From Eledone cirrhosa (Eukaryota): DNA of 64,000 bases. The stretch lies in contig OZ024741.1 in the NCBI GenBank assembly GCA_964016885.1, forward strand, positions 397,358,001-397,422,000, given 5' to 3'. Below the pieces are notes generated by a model. That model did not search any database, was not told where the DNA came from, and was given only the letters and a program-made list of their open reading frames with translations. Positions 50,001 through 64,000 of the stretch are shown piece after piece. Each line of letters begins with the position of its first letter. Within the stretch, counting starts at the first letter, position 1. Position numbers and translations under genes: made by a program.

Positions 50001-53000
50001 GTCCCTGTATGTGTGTCCTCCCTATTATTGACAATCTCTGTCAGTCTGTCTCCGTATGTGTGTCCTCCCTATCATTGACAATCTCTGTCAGTCTGTCCCT
50101 GTATGTGTGTCCTCCCTATCATTGACAATCTCTGCCAGTCTGTCTCTGTATGTGTGTCCTCCCTATTATTGACAATCTCTGCCAGTCTGTCTCTGTATGT
50201 GTGTCCTCCCTATCATTGACAATCTCTGACAGTCTGTCTCTGTATGTGTGTCCTCCCTATTATTGACAATCTCTGTCAGTCTGTCTCTGTATGTGTGTCC
50301 TTCCTATCATTGACAATCTCTGCCAGTCTGTCTCTGTATGTGTGACCTCCCTATCATTGACAATCTCTGTCAGTCTGTCTCTGTATGTGTGTCCTTCCTA
50401 TCATTGACAATCTCTGCCAGTCTGTCTCTGTATGTGTGTCCTCCCTATCATTGACAATCTCTGCCAGTCTGTCTCTGTATGTGTGTCCTCCCTATCATTG
50501 ACAATCTCTGTCAGTCTGTCTCTGTATGTGTGTCCTTCCTATCATTGACAATCTCTGCCAGTCTGCCCCTGTATGTGTGTCCTCCCTATCATTGACAATC
50601 TCTGTCAGTCTGTCTCTGTATGCGTGTCCTCCCTATCATTGACAATCTCTGTCAGTCTGTCTCTGTATGTGTGTCCTTCCTATCATTGACAATCTCTGCC
50701 AGTCTGTCTCTGTATGTGTGTCCTCCCTATCATTGACAATCTCTGTCAGTCTGTCTCTGTATGTGTGTCCTTCCTATCATTGACAATCTCTGCCAGTCTG
50801 TCCCTGTATGTGTGTCCTCCCTATCATTGACAATCTCTGCCAGTCTGTCTCTGTATGTGTGTCCTCCCTATCATTGACAATCTCTGTCAGTCTGTCTCTG
50901 TATGTGTGTCCTTCCTATCATTGACAATCTCTGCCAGTCTGTCTCTGTATGTGTGTCCTCCCTATCATTGACAATCTCTGCCAGTCTGTCTCTGTATGTG
51001 TGTCCTCCCTATCATTGACAATCTCTGCCAGTCTGTCCCTGTATGTGTGTCCTCCCTATTATTGACAATCTCTGCCAGTCTGTCCCTGTATGTGTGTCCT
51101 CCCTATCATTGACAATCTCTGCCAGTCTGTCTCTGTATGTGTGTCCTCCCTATCATTGACAATCTCTGCCAGTCTGTCCCTGTATGTGTGTCCTCCCTAT
51201 CATTGACAATCTCTGCCAGTCTGTCTCTGTATGTGTGTCCACCCTATTATTGACAATCTCTGCCAGTCTGTCTCTGTATGTGTGTCCTCCCTATCATTGA
51301 CAATCTCTGCCAGTCTGTCTCTGTATGTGTGTCCTCCCTATCATTGACAATCTCTGCCAGCCTGTCCCTGTATGTGTGTCCACCCTATCATTGACAATCT
51401 CTGCCAGTCTGTCTCTGTATGTGTGTCCTCCCTATCATTGACAATCTCTGCCAGCCTGTCCCTGTATGTGTGTCCACCCTATCATTGACAATCTCTGCCA
51501 GTCTGTCCCTGTATGTGTGTCCACCCTATCATTGACAATCTCTGCCAGTCTGTCTCTGTATGTGTGTCCTCAATATCATTGACAATCTCTGCCAGTCTGT
51601 CTCTGTATGTGTGTCCTCCCTATCATTGACAATCTCTGCCAGCCTGTCCCTGTATGTGTGTCCTCCCTATCATTGACAATCTCTGCCAATCTGTCCCTGT
51701 ATGTGTGTCCTCCCTATTATTGACAATCTCTGTCAGTCTGTCTCCGTATGTGTGTCCTCCCTATCATTGACAATCTCTGCCAGTCTGTCCCTGTATGTCT
51801 GTCCTCCCTATCATTGACAATCTCTGCCAGTCTGTCTCTGTATGTGTGTCCTCCCTATCATTGACAATCTCTGCCAGTCTGTCTCTGTATGTGTGTCCTC
51901 CCTATCATTGACAATCTCTGCCAGTCTGTCTCTCTATGTGTGTCCTCCCTATCATTGACAATCTCTGCCAGCCTGTCCCTGTATGTGTGTCCACCCTATC
52001 ATTGACAATCTCTGCCAGTCTGTCCCTGTATGTGTGTCCTCCCTATTATTGACAATCTCTGTCAGTCTGTCTCCGTATGTGTGTCCTCCCTATCATTGAC
52101 AATCTCTGTCAGTCTGTCTCTGTATGTGTGTCCTCCCTATCATTGACAATCTCTGTCAGTCTGTCCCTGTATGTGTGTCCTCCCTATCTTTGACAATCTC
52201 TGTCAGTCTGTCTCTGTATGTGTGTCCTCTCTATCATTGACAATCTCTGTCAGTCTGTCCCTGTATGTGTGTCCTTCCTATCATTGACAATCTCTGCCAG
52301 TCTGTCTCTGTATGTGTGTCCCCCCTATTATTGACAATCTCTGCCAGTCTGTCTCTGTATGTGTCTCCTCCCTATCATTGACAATCTCTGCCAGTCTGTC
52401 CCTGTATGTGTGTCCTCCCTATCATTGACAATCTCTGCCAGTCTGTCCATGTATGTGTGTCCTCCCTATCATTGACAATCTCTGCCAGTCTGTCTCCGTA
52501 TGTGTGTCCTCCCTATCATTGACAATCTCTGCCAGTCTGTCTCTGTATGTATGTCCTCCCTATCATTGACAATCTCTGCCAGTCTGTCCCTGTATGTGTG
52601 TCCTCCCTATTATTGACAATCTCTGTCAGTCTGTCTCCGTATGTGTGTCCTCCCTATCATTGACAATCTCTGTCAGTCTGTCCCTGTATGTGTGTCCTCC
52701 CTATCATTGACAATCTCTGCCAGTCTGTCTCTGTATGTGTGTCCTCCCTATCATTGACAATCTCTGTCAGTCTGTCTCTGTATGTGTGTCCTCCCTATTA
52801 TTGACAATCTCTGCCAGTCTGTCTCTGTATGTGTGTCCTCCCTATCATTGACAATCTCTGACAGTCTGTCTCTGTATGTGTGTCCTCCCTATTATTGACA
52901 ATCTCTGTCAGTCTGTCTCTGTATGTGTGTCCTTCCTATCATTGACAATCTCTGCCAGTCTGTCTCTGTATGTGTGTCCTCCCTATCATTGACAATCTCT

Positions 53001-56000
53001 GCCAGTCTGTCTCTGTATGTGTGTCCTCCCTATCATTGACAATCTCTGCCAGTCTGTCCCTGTATGTGTGTCCTCCCTATCATTGACAATCTCTGCCAGT
53101 CTGTCTCCGTATGTGTGTCCTCCCTATCATTGACAATCTCTGTCAGTCTGTCCCTGTATGTGTGTCCTCCCTATCATTGACAATCTCTGTCAGTCTGTCT
53201 CTGTATGTGTGTCCTCCCTATTATTGACAATCTCTGCCAGTCTGTCTCTGTATGTGTGTCCTCCCTATCATTGACAATCTCTGCCAGTCTGTCTCTGTAT
53301 GTGTGTCCTCCCTATCATTGACAATCTCTGTCAGTCTGTCTCTGTATGTGTGTCCTTCCTATCATTGACAATCTCTGCCAGTCTGTCTCTGTATGTGTGT
53401 CCTCCCTATCATTGACAATCTCTGCCAGTCTGTCTCTGTATGTGTGTCCTCCCTATCATTGACAATCTCTGTCAGTCTGTCTCTGTATGTGTGTCCTTCC
53501 TATCATTGACAATCTCTGCCAGTCTGTCCCTGTATGTGTGTCCTCCCTATCATTGACAATCTCTGTCAGTCTGTCTCTGTATGCGTGTCCTCCCTATCAT
53601 TGACAATCTCTGTCAGTCTGTCTCTGTATGTGTGTCCTTCCTATCATTGATAATCTCTGCCAGTCTGTCTCTGTATGTGTGTCCTCCCTATCATTGACAA
53701 TCTCTGCCAGTCTGTCTCTGTATGTGTGTCCTCCCTATCATTGACAATCTCTGTCAGTCTGTCTCTGTATGTGTGTCCTTCCTATCATTGACAATCTCTG
53801 CCAGTCTGTCCCTGTATGTGTGTCGTCCCTATCATTGACAATCTCTGCCAGTCTGTCTCTGTATGTGTGTCCTCCCTATCATTGACAATCTCTGTCAGTC
53901 TGTCTCTGTATGTGTGTCCTTCCTATCATTGACAATCTCTGCCAGTCTGTCTCTGTATGTGTGTCCTCCCTATCATTGACAATCTCTGCCAGTCTGTCTC
54001 TGTATGTGTGTCCTCCCTATCATTGACAATCTCTGCCAGTCTGTCCCTGTATGTGTGTCCTCCCTATTATTGACAATCTCTGCCAGTCTGTCCCTGTATG
54101 TGTGTCCTCCCTATCATTGACAATCTCTGCCAGTCTGTCTCTGTATGTGTGTCCTCCCTATCATTGACAATCTCTGCCAGTCTGTCCCTGTATGTGTGTC
54201 CTCCCTATCATTGACAATCTCTGCCAGTCTGTCTCTGTATGTGTGTCCTCCCTATTATTGACAATCTCTGCCAGTCTGTCTCTGTATGTGTGTCCTCCCT
54301 ATCATTGACAATCTCTGCCAGTCTGTCTCTGTATGTGTGTCCTCCCTATCATTGACAATCTCTGCCAGCCTGTCCCTGTATGTGTGTCCACCCTATCATT
54401 GACAATCTCTGCCAGTCTGTCTCTGTATGTGTGTCCTCCCTATCATTGACAATCTCTGCCAGCCTGTCCCTGTATGTGTGTCCACCCTATCATTGACAAT
54501 CTCTGCCAGTCTGTCCCTGTATGTGTGTCCTCCGTATCATTGACAATCTCTGCCAGTCTGTCTCTGTATGTGTGTCCTCCCTATCATTGACAATCTCTGT
54601 CAGTCTGTCTCTGTATGTGTGTCCTCCCTAGTATTGACAATCTCTGTCAGTCTGTCTCCGTATGTGTGTCCTCCCTATCATTGACAATCTCTGTCAGTCT
54701 GTCTCCGTATGTGTGTCCTCCCTATTATTGACAATCTCTGTCAGTCTGTCTCCGTATGTGTGTCCTCCCTATCATTGACAATCTCTGCCAGTCTGTCTCT
54801 GTATGTGTGTCCTCCCTATTATTGACAATCTCTGCCAGTCTGTCTCTGTATGTGTGTCCTCCCTATCATTGACAATCTCTGCCAGTCTGTCTCTGTATGT
54901 GTGTCCTCCCTATCATTGACAATCTCTGCCAGCCTGTCCCTGTATGTGTGTCCACCCTATCATTGACAATCTCTGCCAGTCTGTCTCTGTATGTGTGTCC
55001 TCCCTATCATTGACAATCTCTGCCAGCCTGTCCCTGTATGTGTGTCCACCCTATCATTGACAATCTCTGCCAGTCTGTCCCTGTATGTGTGTCCACCCTA
55101 TCATTGACAATCTCTGCCAGTCTGTCTCTGTATGTGTGTCCTCAATATCATTGACAATCTCTGCCAGTCTGTCTCTGTATGTGTGTCCTCCCTATCATTG
55201 ACAATCTCTGCCAGCCTGTCCCTGTATGTGTGTCCTCCCTATCATTGACAATCTCTGCCAATCTGTCCCTGTATGTGTGTCCTCCCTATTATTGACAATC
55301 TCTGTCAGTCTGTCTCCGTATGTGTGTCCTCCCTATCATTGACAATCTCTGCCAGTCTGTCCCTGTATGTCTGTCCTCCCTATCATTGACAATCTCTGCC
55401 AGTCTGTCTCTGTATGTGTGTCCTCCCTATCATTGACAATCTCTGCCAGTCTGTCTCTGTATGTGTGTCCTCCCTATCATTGACAATCTCTGCCAGCCTG
55501 TCCCTGTATGTGTGTCCACCCTATCATTGACAATCTCTGCCAGTCTGTCCCTGTATGTGTGTCCTCCCTATTATTGACAATCTCTGTCAGTCTGTCTCCG
55601 TATGTGTGTCCTCCCTATCATTGACAATCTCTGTCAGTCTGTCTCTGTATGTGTGTCCTCCCTATCATTGACAATCTCTGTCAGTCTGTCCCTGTATGTG
55701 TGTCCTCCCTATCTTTGACAATCTCTGTCAGTCTGTCTCTGTATGTGTGTCCTCTCTATCATTGACAATCTCTGTCAGTCTGTCCCTGTATGTGTGTCCT
55801 TCCTATCATTGACAATCTCTGCCAGTCTGTCTCTGTATGTGTGTCCCCCCTATTATTGACAATCTCTGCCAGTCTGTCTCTGTATGTGTGTCCTCCCTAT
55901 CATTGACAATCTCTGCCAGTCTGTCCCTGTATGTGTGTCCTCCCTATCATTGACAATCTCTGCCAGTCTGTCCATGTATGTGTGTCCTCCCTATCATTGA

Positions 56001-59000
56001 CAATCTCTGCCAGTCTGTCTCCGTATGTGTGTCCTCCCTATCATTGACAATCTCTGCCAGTCTGTCTCTGTATGTATGTCCTCCCTATCATTGACAATCT
56101 CTGCCAGTCTGTCCCTGTATGTGTGTCCTCCCTATTATTGACAATCTCTGTCAGTCTGTCTCCGTATGTGTGTCCTCCCTATCATTGACAATCTCTGTCA
56201 GTCTGTCTCTGTATGTGTGTCCTCCCTATTATTGACAATCTCTGCCAGTCTGTCTCTGTATGTGTGTCCTCCCTATCATTGACAATCTCTGACAGTCTGT
56301 CTCTGTATGTGTGTCCTCCCTATTATTGACAATCTCTGTCAGTCTGTCTCTGTATGTGTGTCCTTCCTATCATTGACAATCTCTGCCAGTCTGTCTCTGT
56401 ATGTGTGTCCTCCCTATCATTGACAATCTCTGCCAGTCTGTCTCTGTATGTGTGTCCTCCCTATCATTGACAATCTCTGCCAGTCTGTCCCTGTATGTGT
56501 GTCCTCCCTATCATTGACAATCTCTGCCAGTCTGTCTCCGTATGTGTGTCCTCCCTATCATTGACAATCTCTGTCAGTCTGTCCCTGTATGTGTGTCCTC
56601 CCTATCATTGACAATCTCTGTCAGTCTGTCTCTGTATGTGTGTCCTCCCTATTATTGACAATCTCTGCCAGTCTGTCTCTGTATGTGTGTCCTCCCTATC
56701 ATTGACAATCTCTGCCAGTCTGTCTCTGTATGTGTGTCCTCCCTATCATTGACAATCTCTGTCAGTCTGTCTCTGTATGTGTGTCCTTCCTATCATTGAC
56801 AATCTCTGCCAGTCTGTCTCTGTATGTGTGTCCTCCCTATCATTGACAATCTCTGCCAGTCTGTCTCTGTATGTGTGTCCTCCCTATCATTGACAATCTC
56901 TGTCAGTCTGTCTCTGTATGTGTGTCCTTCCTATCATTGACAATCTCTGCCAGTCTGTCCCTGTATGTGTGTCCTCCCTATCATTGACAATCTCTGTCAG
57001 TCTGTCTCTGTATGCGTGTCCTCCCTATCATTGACAATCTCTGTCAGTCTGTCTCTGTATGTGTGTCCTTCCTATCATTGACAATCTCTGCCAGTCTGTC
57101 TCTGTATGTGTGTCCTCCCTATCATTGACAATCTCTGCCAGTCTGTCTCTGTATGTGTGTCCTCCCTATCATTGACAATCTCTGTCAGTCTGTCTCTGTA
57201 TGTGTGTCCTTCCTATCATTGACAATCTCTGCCAGTCTGTCCCTGTATGTGTGTCCTCCCTATCATTGACAATCTCTGCCAGTCTGTCTCTGTATGTGTG
57301 TCCTCCCTATCATTGACAATCTCTGTCAGTCTGTCTCTGTATGTGTGTCCTTCCTATCATTGACAATCTCTGCCAGTCTGTCTCTGTATGTGTGTCCTCC
57401 CTATCATTGACAATCTCTGCCAGTCTGTCTCTGTATGTGTGTCCTCCCTATCATTGACAATCTCTGCCAGTCTGTCCCTGTATGTGTGTCCTCCCTATTA
57501 TTGACAATCTCTGCCAGTCTGTCCCTGTATGTGTGTCCTCCCTATCATTGACAATCTCTGCCAGTCTGTCTCTGTATGTGTGTCCTCCCTATCATTGACA
57601 ATCTCTGCCAGTCTGTCCCTGTATGTGTGTCCTCCCTATCATTGACAATCTCTGCCAGTCTGTCTCTGTATGTGTGTCCTCCCTATTATTGACAATCTCT
57701 GCCAGTCTGTCTCTGTATGTGTGTCCTCCCTATCATTGACAATCTCTGCCAGTCTGTCTCTGTATGTGTGTCCTCCCTATCATTGACAATCTCTGCCAGC
57801 CTGTCCCTGTATGTGTGTCCACCCTATCATTGACAATCTCTGACAGTCTGTCTCTGTATGTGTGTCCTCCCTATCATTGACAATCTCTGCCAGCCTGTCC
57901 CTGTATGTGTGTCCACCCTATCATTGACAATCTCTGCCAGTCTGTCCCTGTATGTGTGTCCACCCTATAATTGACAATCTCTGCCAGTCTGTCTCTGTAT
58001 GTGTGTCCTCAATATCATTGACAATCTCTGCCAGTCTGTCTCTGTATGTGTGTCCTCCCTATCATTGACAATCTCTGCCAGCCTGTCCCTGTATGTGTGT
58101 CCTCCCTATCATTGACAATCTCTGCCAGTCTGTCTCTGTATGTGTGTCCTCCCTATCATCGACAATCTCTGCCAATCTGTCCCTGTATGTGTGTCCTCCC
58201 TATTATTGACAATCTCTGTCAGTCTGTCTCCGTATGTGTGTCCTCCCTATCATTGACAATCTCTGTCAGTCTGTCTCCGTATGTGTGTCCTCCCTATTAT
58301 TGACAATCTCTGTCAGTCTGTCTCCGTATGTGTGTCCTCCCTATCATTGACAATCTCTGCCAGTCTGTCTCTGTATGTGTGTCCTCCCTATTATTGACAA
58401 TCTCTGCCAGTCTGTCTCTGTATGTGTGTCCTCCCTATCATTGACAATCTCTGTCAGTCTGTCCCTGTATGTGTGTCCTCCCTATCATTGACAATCTCTG
58501 TCAGTCAGTCTCTGTATGTGTGTCCTTCCTATCATTGACAATCTCTGCCAGTCTGTCCCTGTATTTGTGTCCTCCCTATTATTGACAATCTCTGCCAGTC
58601 TGTCTCTGTATGTGTGTCCTCCCTATTATTGACAATCTCTGCCAGTCTGTCCCTGTATGTGTGTCCTCCCTATTATTGACAATCTCTGCCAGTCTGTCTC
58701 TGTATGTGTGTCCTCCCTATCATTGACAATCTCTGCCAATCTGTCCCTGTATGTGTGTCCTCCCTATTATTGACAATCTCTGCCAGTCTGTCTCTGTATG
58801 TGTGTCCTCCCTACCATTGACAATCTCTGCCAGTCTGTCCCTGTATGTGTGTCCTCCCTATCTTTGACAATCTCTGCCAGTCTGTCCCTGTATGTGTGTC
58901 CTCCCTACCATTGACAATCTCTGCCAGTCTGTCCCTGTATGTGTGTCCTCCCTATCATTGACAATCTCTGCCAGTCTGTCTCCGTATGTGTGTCCTCCCT

Positions 59001-62000
59001 AATATTGACAATCTCTGCCAGTCTGTCCCTGTATGTGTGTCCTCCCTATCTTTGACAATCTCTGCCAGTCTGTCCCTGTATGTTTGTCCTCCCTACCATT
59101 GACAATCTCTGTCAGTCTGTCTCTGTATGTGTGTCCTCCCTATCATTGACAATCTCTGCCAGTCTGTCCCTGTATGTGTGTCCTCCCTATCATTGACAAT
59201 CTCTGCCAGTCTGTCTCCGTATGTGTGTCCTCCCTATTATTGACAATCTCTGCCAGTCTGTCCCTGTATGTGTGTCCTCCCTATCATTGACAATCTCTGT
59301 CAGCCTGTCCCTGTATGTGTGTCCTCCCTATCATTGACAATCTCTGCCAGTCTGTCCCTGTATGTGTGTCCTCCCTATCATTGACAATCTCTGCCAGTCT
59401 GTCCCTGTATGTGTGTCCTCCCTATCATTGACAATCTCTGCCAGTCTGTCTCTGTATGTGTGTCCTCCCTATCATTGACAATCTCTGCCAGTCTGTCCCT
59501 GTATGTGTGTCCTCCCTATCATTGACAATCTCTGCCAGTCTGTCTCTGTATGTGTGTCCTCCCTATCATTGACAATCTCTGTCAGTCTGTCCCTGTATGT
59601 GTGTCCTCCCTATCATTGACAATCTCTGCCAGTCTGTCCCTGTATGTGTGTCCTCCCTATCATTGACAATCTCTGTCAGCCTGTCCCTGTATGTGTGTCC
59701 TCCCTATCATTGACAATCTCTGCCAGTCTGTCGCTGTATGTGTGTCCTCCCTATCATTGACAATCTCTGTCAGCCTGTCCCTGTATGTGTGTCCTCCCTA
59801 TCATTGACAATCTCTGCCAGTCTGTCCCTGTATGTGTGTCCTCCCTATCATTGACAATCTCTGCCAGTCTGTCCCTGTATGTGTGTCCTCCCTATCATTG
59901 ACAATCTCTGCCAGTCTGTCTCTGTATGTGTGTCCTCCCTATCATTGACAATCTCTGCCAGTCTGTCCCTGTATGTGTGTCCTCCCTATCATTGACAATC
60001 TCTGCCAGTCTGTCTCTGTATGTGTGTCCTCCCTATCATTGACAATCTCTGCCAGTCTGTCCCTGTATGTGTGTCCTCCCTATCATTGACAATCTCTGTC
60101 AGTCTGTCCCTGTATGTGTGACCTTCCTATCATTGACAATCTCTGCCAGTCTGTCTCTGTATGTGTGTCCTCACTATTATTGACAATCTCTGTCAGTCTG
60201 TCTCTGTATGTGTGTCCTCCCTATCATTGACAATCTCTGCCAGTCTGTCTCTGTATGTGTGTCCTCCCTATCATTGACAATCTCTGCCAGTCTGTCCCTG
60301 TATGTGTGTCCTCCCTATCATTGACAATCTCTGTCAGTCTGTCCCTGTATGTGTGACCTTCCTATCATTGACAATCTCTGCCAGTCTGTCTCTGTATGTG
60401 TGTCCTCCCTATTATTGACAATCTCTGTCAGTCTGTCTCTGTATGTGTGTCCTCCCTATCATTGACAACCTCTGTCAGTCTGTCTCTGTATGTGTGTCCT
60501 CCCTATCATTGACAATCTCTGTCAGTCTGTCTCTGTATGTGTGTCCTCCCTATCATTGACAATCTCTGCCAGTCTGTCCCTGTATGTGTGTCCTCCCTAT
60601 CATTGACAATCTCTGTCAGTCTGTCCCTGTATGTGTGACCTTCCTATCATTGACAATCTCTGCCAGTCTGTCTCTGTATCTGTGTCCTCCCTATTATTGA
60701 CAATCTCTGCCAGTCTGTCTCTGTATGTGTGTCCTCCCCATCATTGACAATCTCTGTCAGTCTTTCTCTGTATGTGTGTCCTCCCTATCATTGACAATCT
60801 CTGTCAGTCTGTCTCTGTATGTGTGTCCTTCCTATCATTGACAATCTCTGTCAGTCTGTCTCTGTATGTGTGTCGTCCCCATCATTGACAATCTCTGCCA
60901 GTCTGTCTCTGTATGTGTGTCCTCTCTATCATTGACAATCTCTGTCAGTCTGTCTCTGTATGTGTGTCCTCCCTATTATTGACAATCTCTGCCAGTCTGT
61001 CTTTGTATGTGTGTCCTCCCTATCATTGACAATCTCTGCCAGTCTGTCCCTGTATGTGTGTCCTCCCTATTATTGACAATCTCTGCCAGTCTGTCTTTGT
61101 ATGTGTGTCCTCCCTATCATTGACAATCTCTGCCAATCTGTCCCTGTATGTGTGTCCTCCCTATCATTGACAATCTCTGCCAGTCTGTCCCTGTATGTGT
61201 GTCCTCCCTATTATTGACAAACTCTGCCAGTCTGTCTCTGTATGTGTGTCCTCTCTATCATTGACAATATCTGCCAGTCTGTCCCTGTATGTGTGTCCTC
61301 CCTATTATTGACAATCTCTGCCAGTCTGTCTTTGTATGTGTGTCCTCCCTATCATTGACAATCTCTGCCAGTCTGTCTCTGTATGAGTGTCCTCCCTATC
61401 ATTGACAATCTCTGCCAGTCTGTCCCTGTATTTGTGTCCTTCCTATCATTGACAATCTCTGCCAGTCTGTCCCTGTATGTGTGTCCTTCCTATCATTGAC
61501 AATCTCTGCCAGTCTGTCTCTGTATGTGTGTCCTCCCTATCATTGACAATCTCTGCCAGACTGTCCCTGTATGTGTGTCCTCCCTATCATTGACAATCTC
61601 TGCCAGTCTGTCCCCGTATTTGTGTCCTTCCTATCATTGACAATCTCTGCCAGTCTGTCCCTGTATGTGTGTCCTCCCTATTATTGACAAACTCTGTCAG
61701 TCTGTCTCTGTATGTGTGTCCTCCCTATCATTGACAATCTCTGCCAGTCTGTCGCTGTATGTGTGTCCTCCCTATCATTGACAATCTCTGTCAGCCTGTC
61801 CCTGTATGTGTGTCCTCCCTATCATTGACAATCTCTGCCAGTCTGTCCCTGTATGTGTGTCCTCCCTATCATTGACAATCTCTGCCAGTCTGTCCCTGTA
61901 TGTGTGTCCTCCCTATCATTGACAATCTCTGCCAGTCTGTCTCTGTATGTGTGTCCTCCCTATCATTGACAATCTCTGCCAGTCTGTCCCTGTATGTGTG

Positions 62001-64000
62001 TCCTCCCTATCATTGACAATCTCTGCCAGTCTGTCTCTGTATGTGTGTCCTCCCTATCATTGACAATCTCTGCCAGTCTGTCCCTGTATGTGTGTCCTCC
62101 CTATCATTGACAATCTCTGTCAGTCTGTCCCTGTATGTGTGACCTTCCTATCATTGACAATCTCTGCCAGTCTGTCTCTGTATGTGTGTCCTCCCTATTA
62201 TTGACAATCTCTGTCAGTCTGTCTCTGTATGTGTGTCCTCCCTATCATTGACAATCTCTGCCAGTCTGTCTCTGTATGTGTGTCCTCCCTATCATTGACA
62301 ATCTCTGCCAGTCTGTCCCTGTATGTGTGTCCTCCCTATCATTGACAATCTCTGTCAGTCTGTCCCTGTATGTGTGACCTTCCTATCATTGACAATCTCT
62401 GCCAGTCTGTCTCTGTATGTGTGTCCTCCCTATTATTGACAATCTCTGTCAGTCTGTCTCTGTATGTGTGTCCTCCCTATCATTGACAACCTCTGTCAGT
62501 CTGTCTCTGTATGTGTGTCCTCCCTATCATTGACAATCTCTGTCAGTCTGTCTCTGTATGTGTGTCCTCCCTATCATTGACAATCTCTGCCAGTCTGTCC
62601 CTGTATGTGTGTCCTCCCTATCATTGACAATCTCTGTCAGTCTGTCCCTGTATGTGTGACCTTCCTATCATTGACAATCTCTGCCAGTCTGTCTCTGTAT
62701 CTGTGTCCTCCCTATTATTGACAATCTCTGCCAGTCTGTCTCTGTATGTGTGTCCTCCCCATCATTGACAATCTCTGTCAGTCTTTCTCTGTATGTGTGT
62801 CCTCCCTATCATTGACAATCTCTGTCAGTCTGTCTCTGTATGTGTGTCCTTCCTATCATTGACAATCTCTGTCAGTCTGTCTCTGTATGTGTGTCGTCCC
62901 CATCATTGACAATCTCTGCCAGTCTGTCTCTGTATGTGTGTCCTCTCTATCATTGACAATCTCTGTCAGTCTGTCTCTGTATGTGTGTCCTCCCTATTAT
63001 TGACAATCTCTGCCAGTCTGTCTTTGTATGTGTGTCCTCCCTATCATTGACAATCTCTGCCAGTCTGTCCCTGTATGTGTGTCCTCCCTATTATTGACAA
63101 TCTCTGCCAGTCTGTCTTTGTATGTGTGTCCTCCCTATCATTGACAATCTCTGCCAATCTGTCCCTGTATGTGTGTCCTCCCTATCATTGACAATCTCTG
63201 CCAGTCTGTCCCTGTATGTGTGTCCTCCCTATTATTGACAAACTCTGCCAGTCTGTCTCTGTATGTGTGTCCTCTCTATCATTGACAATATCTGCCAGTC
63301 TGTCCCTGTATGTGTGTCCTCCCTATTATTGACAATCTCTGCCAGTCTGTCTTTGTATGTGTGTCCTCCCTATCATTGACAATCTCTGCCAGTCTGTCTC
63401 TGTATGAGTGTCCTCCCTATCATTGACAATCTCTGCCAGTCTGTCCCTGTATTTGTGTCCTTCCTATCATTGACAATCTCTGCCAGTCTGTCCCTGTATG
63501 TGTGTCCTTCCTATCATTGACAATCTCTGCCAGTCTGTCTCTGTATGTGTGTCCTCCCTATCATTGACAATCTCTGCCAGACTGTCCCTGTATGTGTGTC
63601 CTCCCTATCATTGACAATCTCTGCCAGTCTGTCCCCGTATTTGTGTCCTTCCTATCATTGACAATCTCTGCCAGTCTGTCCCTGTATGTGTGTCCTCCCT
63701 ATTATTGACAAACTCTGTCAGTCTGTCTCTGTATGTGTGTCCTCCCTATCATTGACAATCTCTGCCAGTCTGTCCCTGTATGTGTGTCCTCCCTATTATT
63801 GACAATCTCTGTCAGTCTGTCTCTGTATGTGTGTCCTCCCTATCATTGACAATCTCTGTCAGTCTGTCTCTGTATGTGTGTCCTCCTTATTATTGACAAT
63901 CTCTGCCAGTCTGTCTCTGTATGTGTGTCCTCTCTATCATTGACAATCTCTGCCAGTCTGTCACTGTATGTGTGTCCTCCCTATTATTGACAATCTCTGT
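41069..64000 (+). repeat. 47-bp satellite (CTGTCTCTGTATGTGTGTCCTCCCTATCATTGACAATCTCTGCCAGT), ~488 copies, runs off window end
   Basis: Direct reading; marker spacings checked are exact multiples of 47. Confidence 0.98.

Noticed and set aside
58046-58303. 85-aa ORF in the satellite
   Set aside because: Arises from a single TGA>CGA variant in one monomer
37285-64000. CRISPR array
   Set aside because: Head-to-tail monomers with no unique spacers, no cas genes, eukaryotic context

Overview
Gene-free, repeat-saturated animal genomic DNA. It is most likely a coleoid cephalopod (Octopus-like), inferred from SINE and repeat motifs I recognise and from very high (TA)n/(CA)n/(TACA)n density; this was not verified. 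The first ~37 kb is a nested graveyard of mobile elements. It holds a near-intact Penelope-like element (RT + C-terminal GIY-YIG, with an inverted upstream pLTR), a second decayed Penelope-like element, a decayed APE-RT LINE (RTE-like), three RTE 3' fragments, and an R4/Dong-type RLE retrotransposon flanked by (TACA)n on both sides. It also holds tRNA-derived SINEs, non-autonomous Helitron-like elements, a TIR MITE and a 2.5-kb (CCAA/CCAG)n tract. The last 27 kb is two abutting satellites: a 32-bp array (~3.8 kb) and a 47-bp array (~23 kb, open-ended) with multi-kb higher-order duplications. Two observations stand out. (1) At least six distinct type I hammerhead-ribozyme-like motif families sit in Penelope-type termini, including non-canonical cores: a U4A 'CAGAAGA' core conserved in 3 copies and two independent U3-A8 'UUGANAA' cores. 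(2) The two satellites look like amplified consecutive pieces of a Helitron 5' end. All structures were read by eye; no activity or database match was tested.
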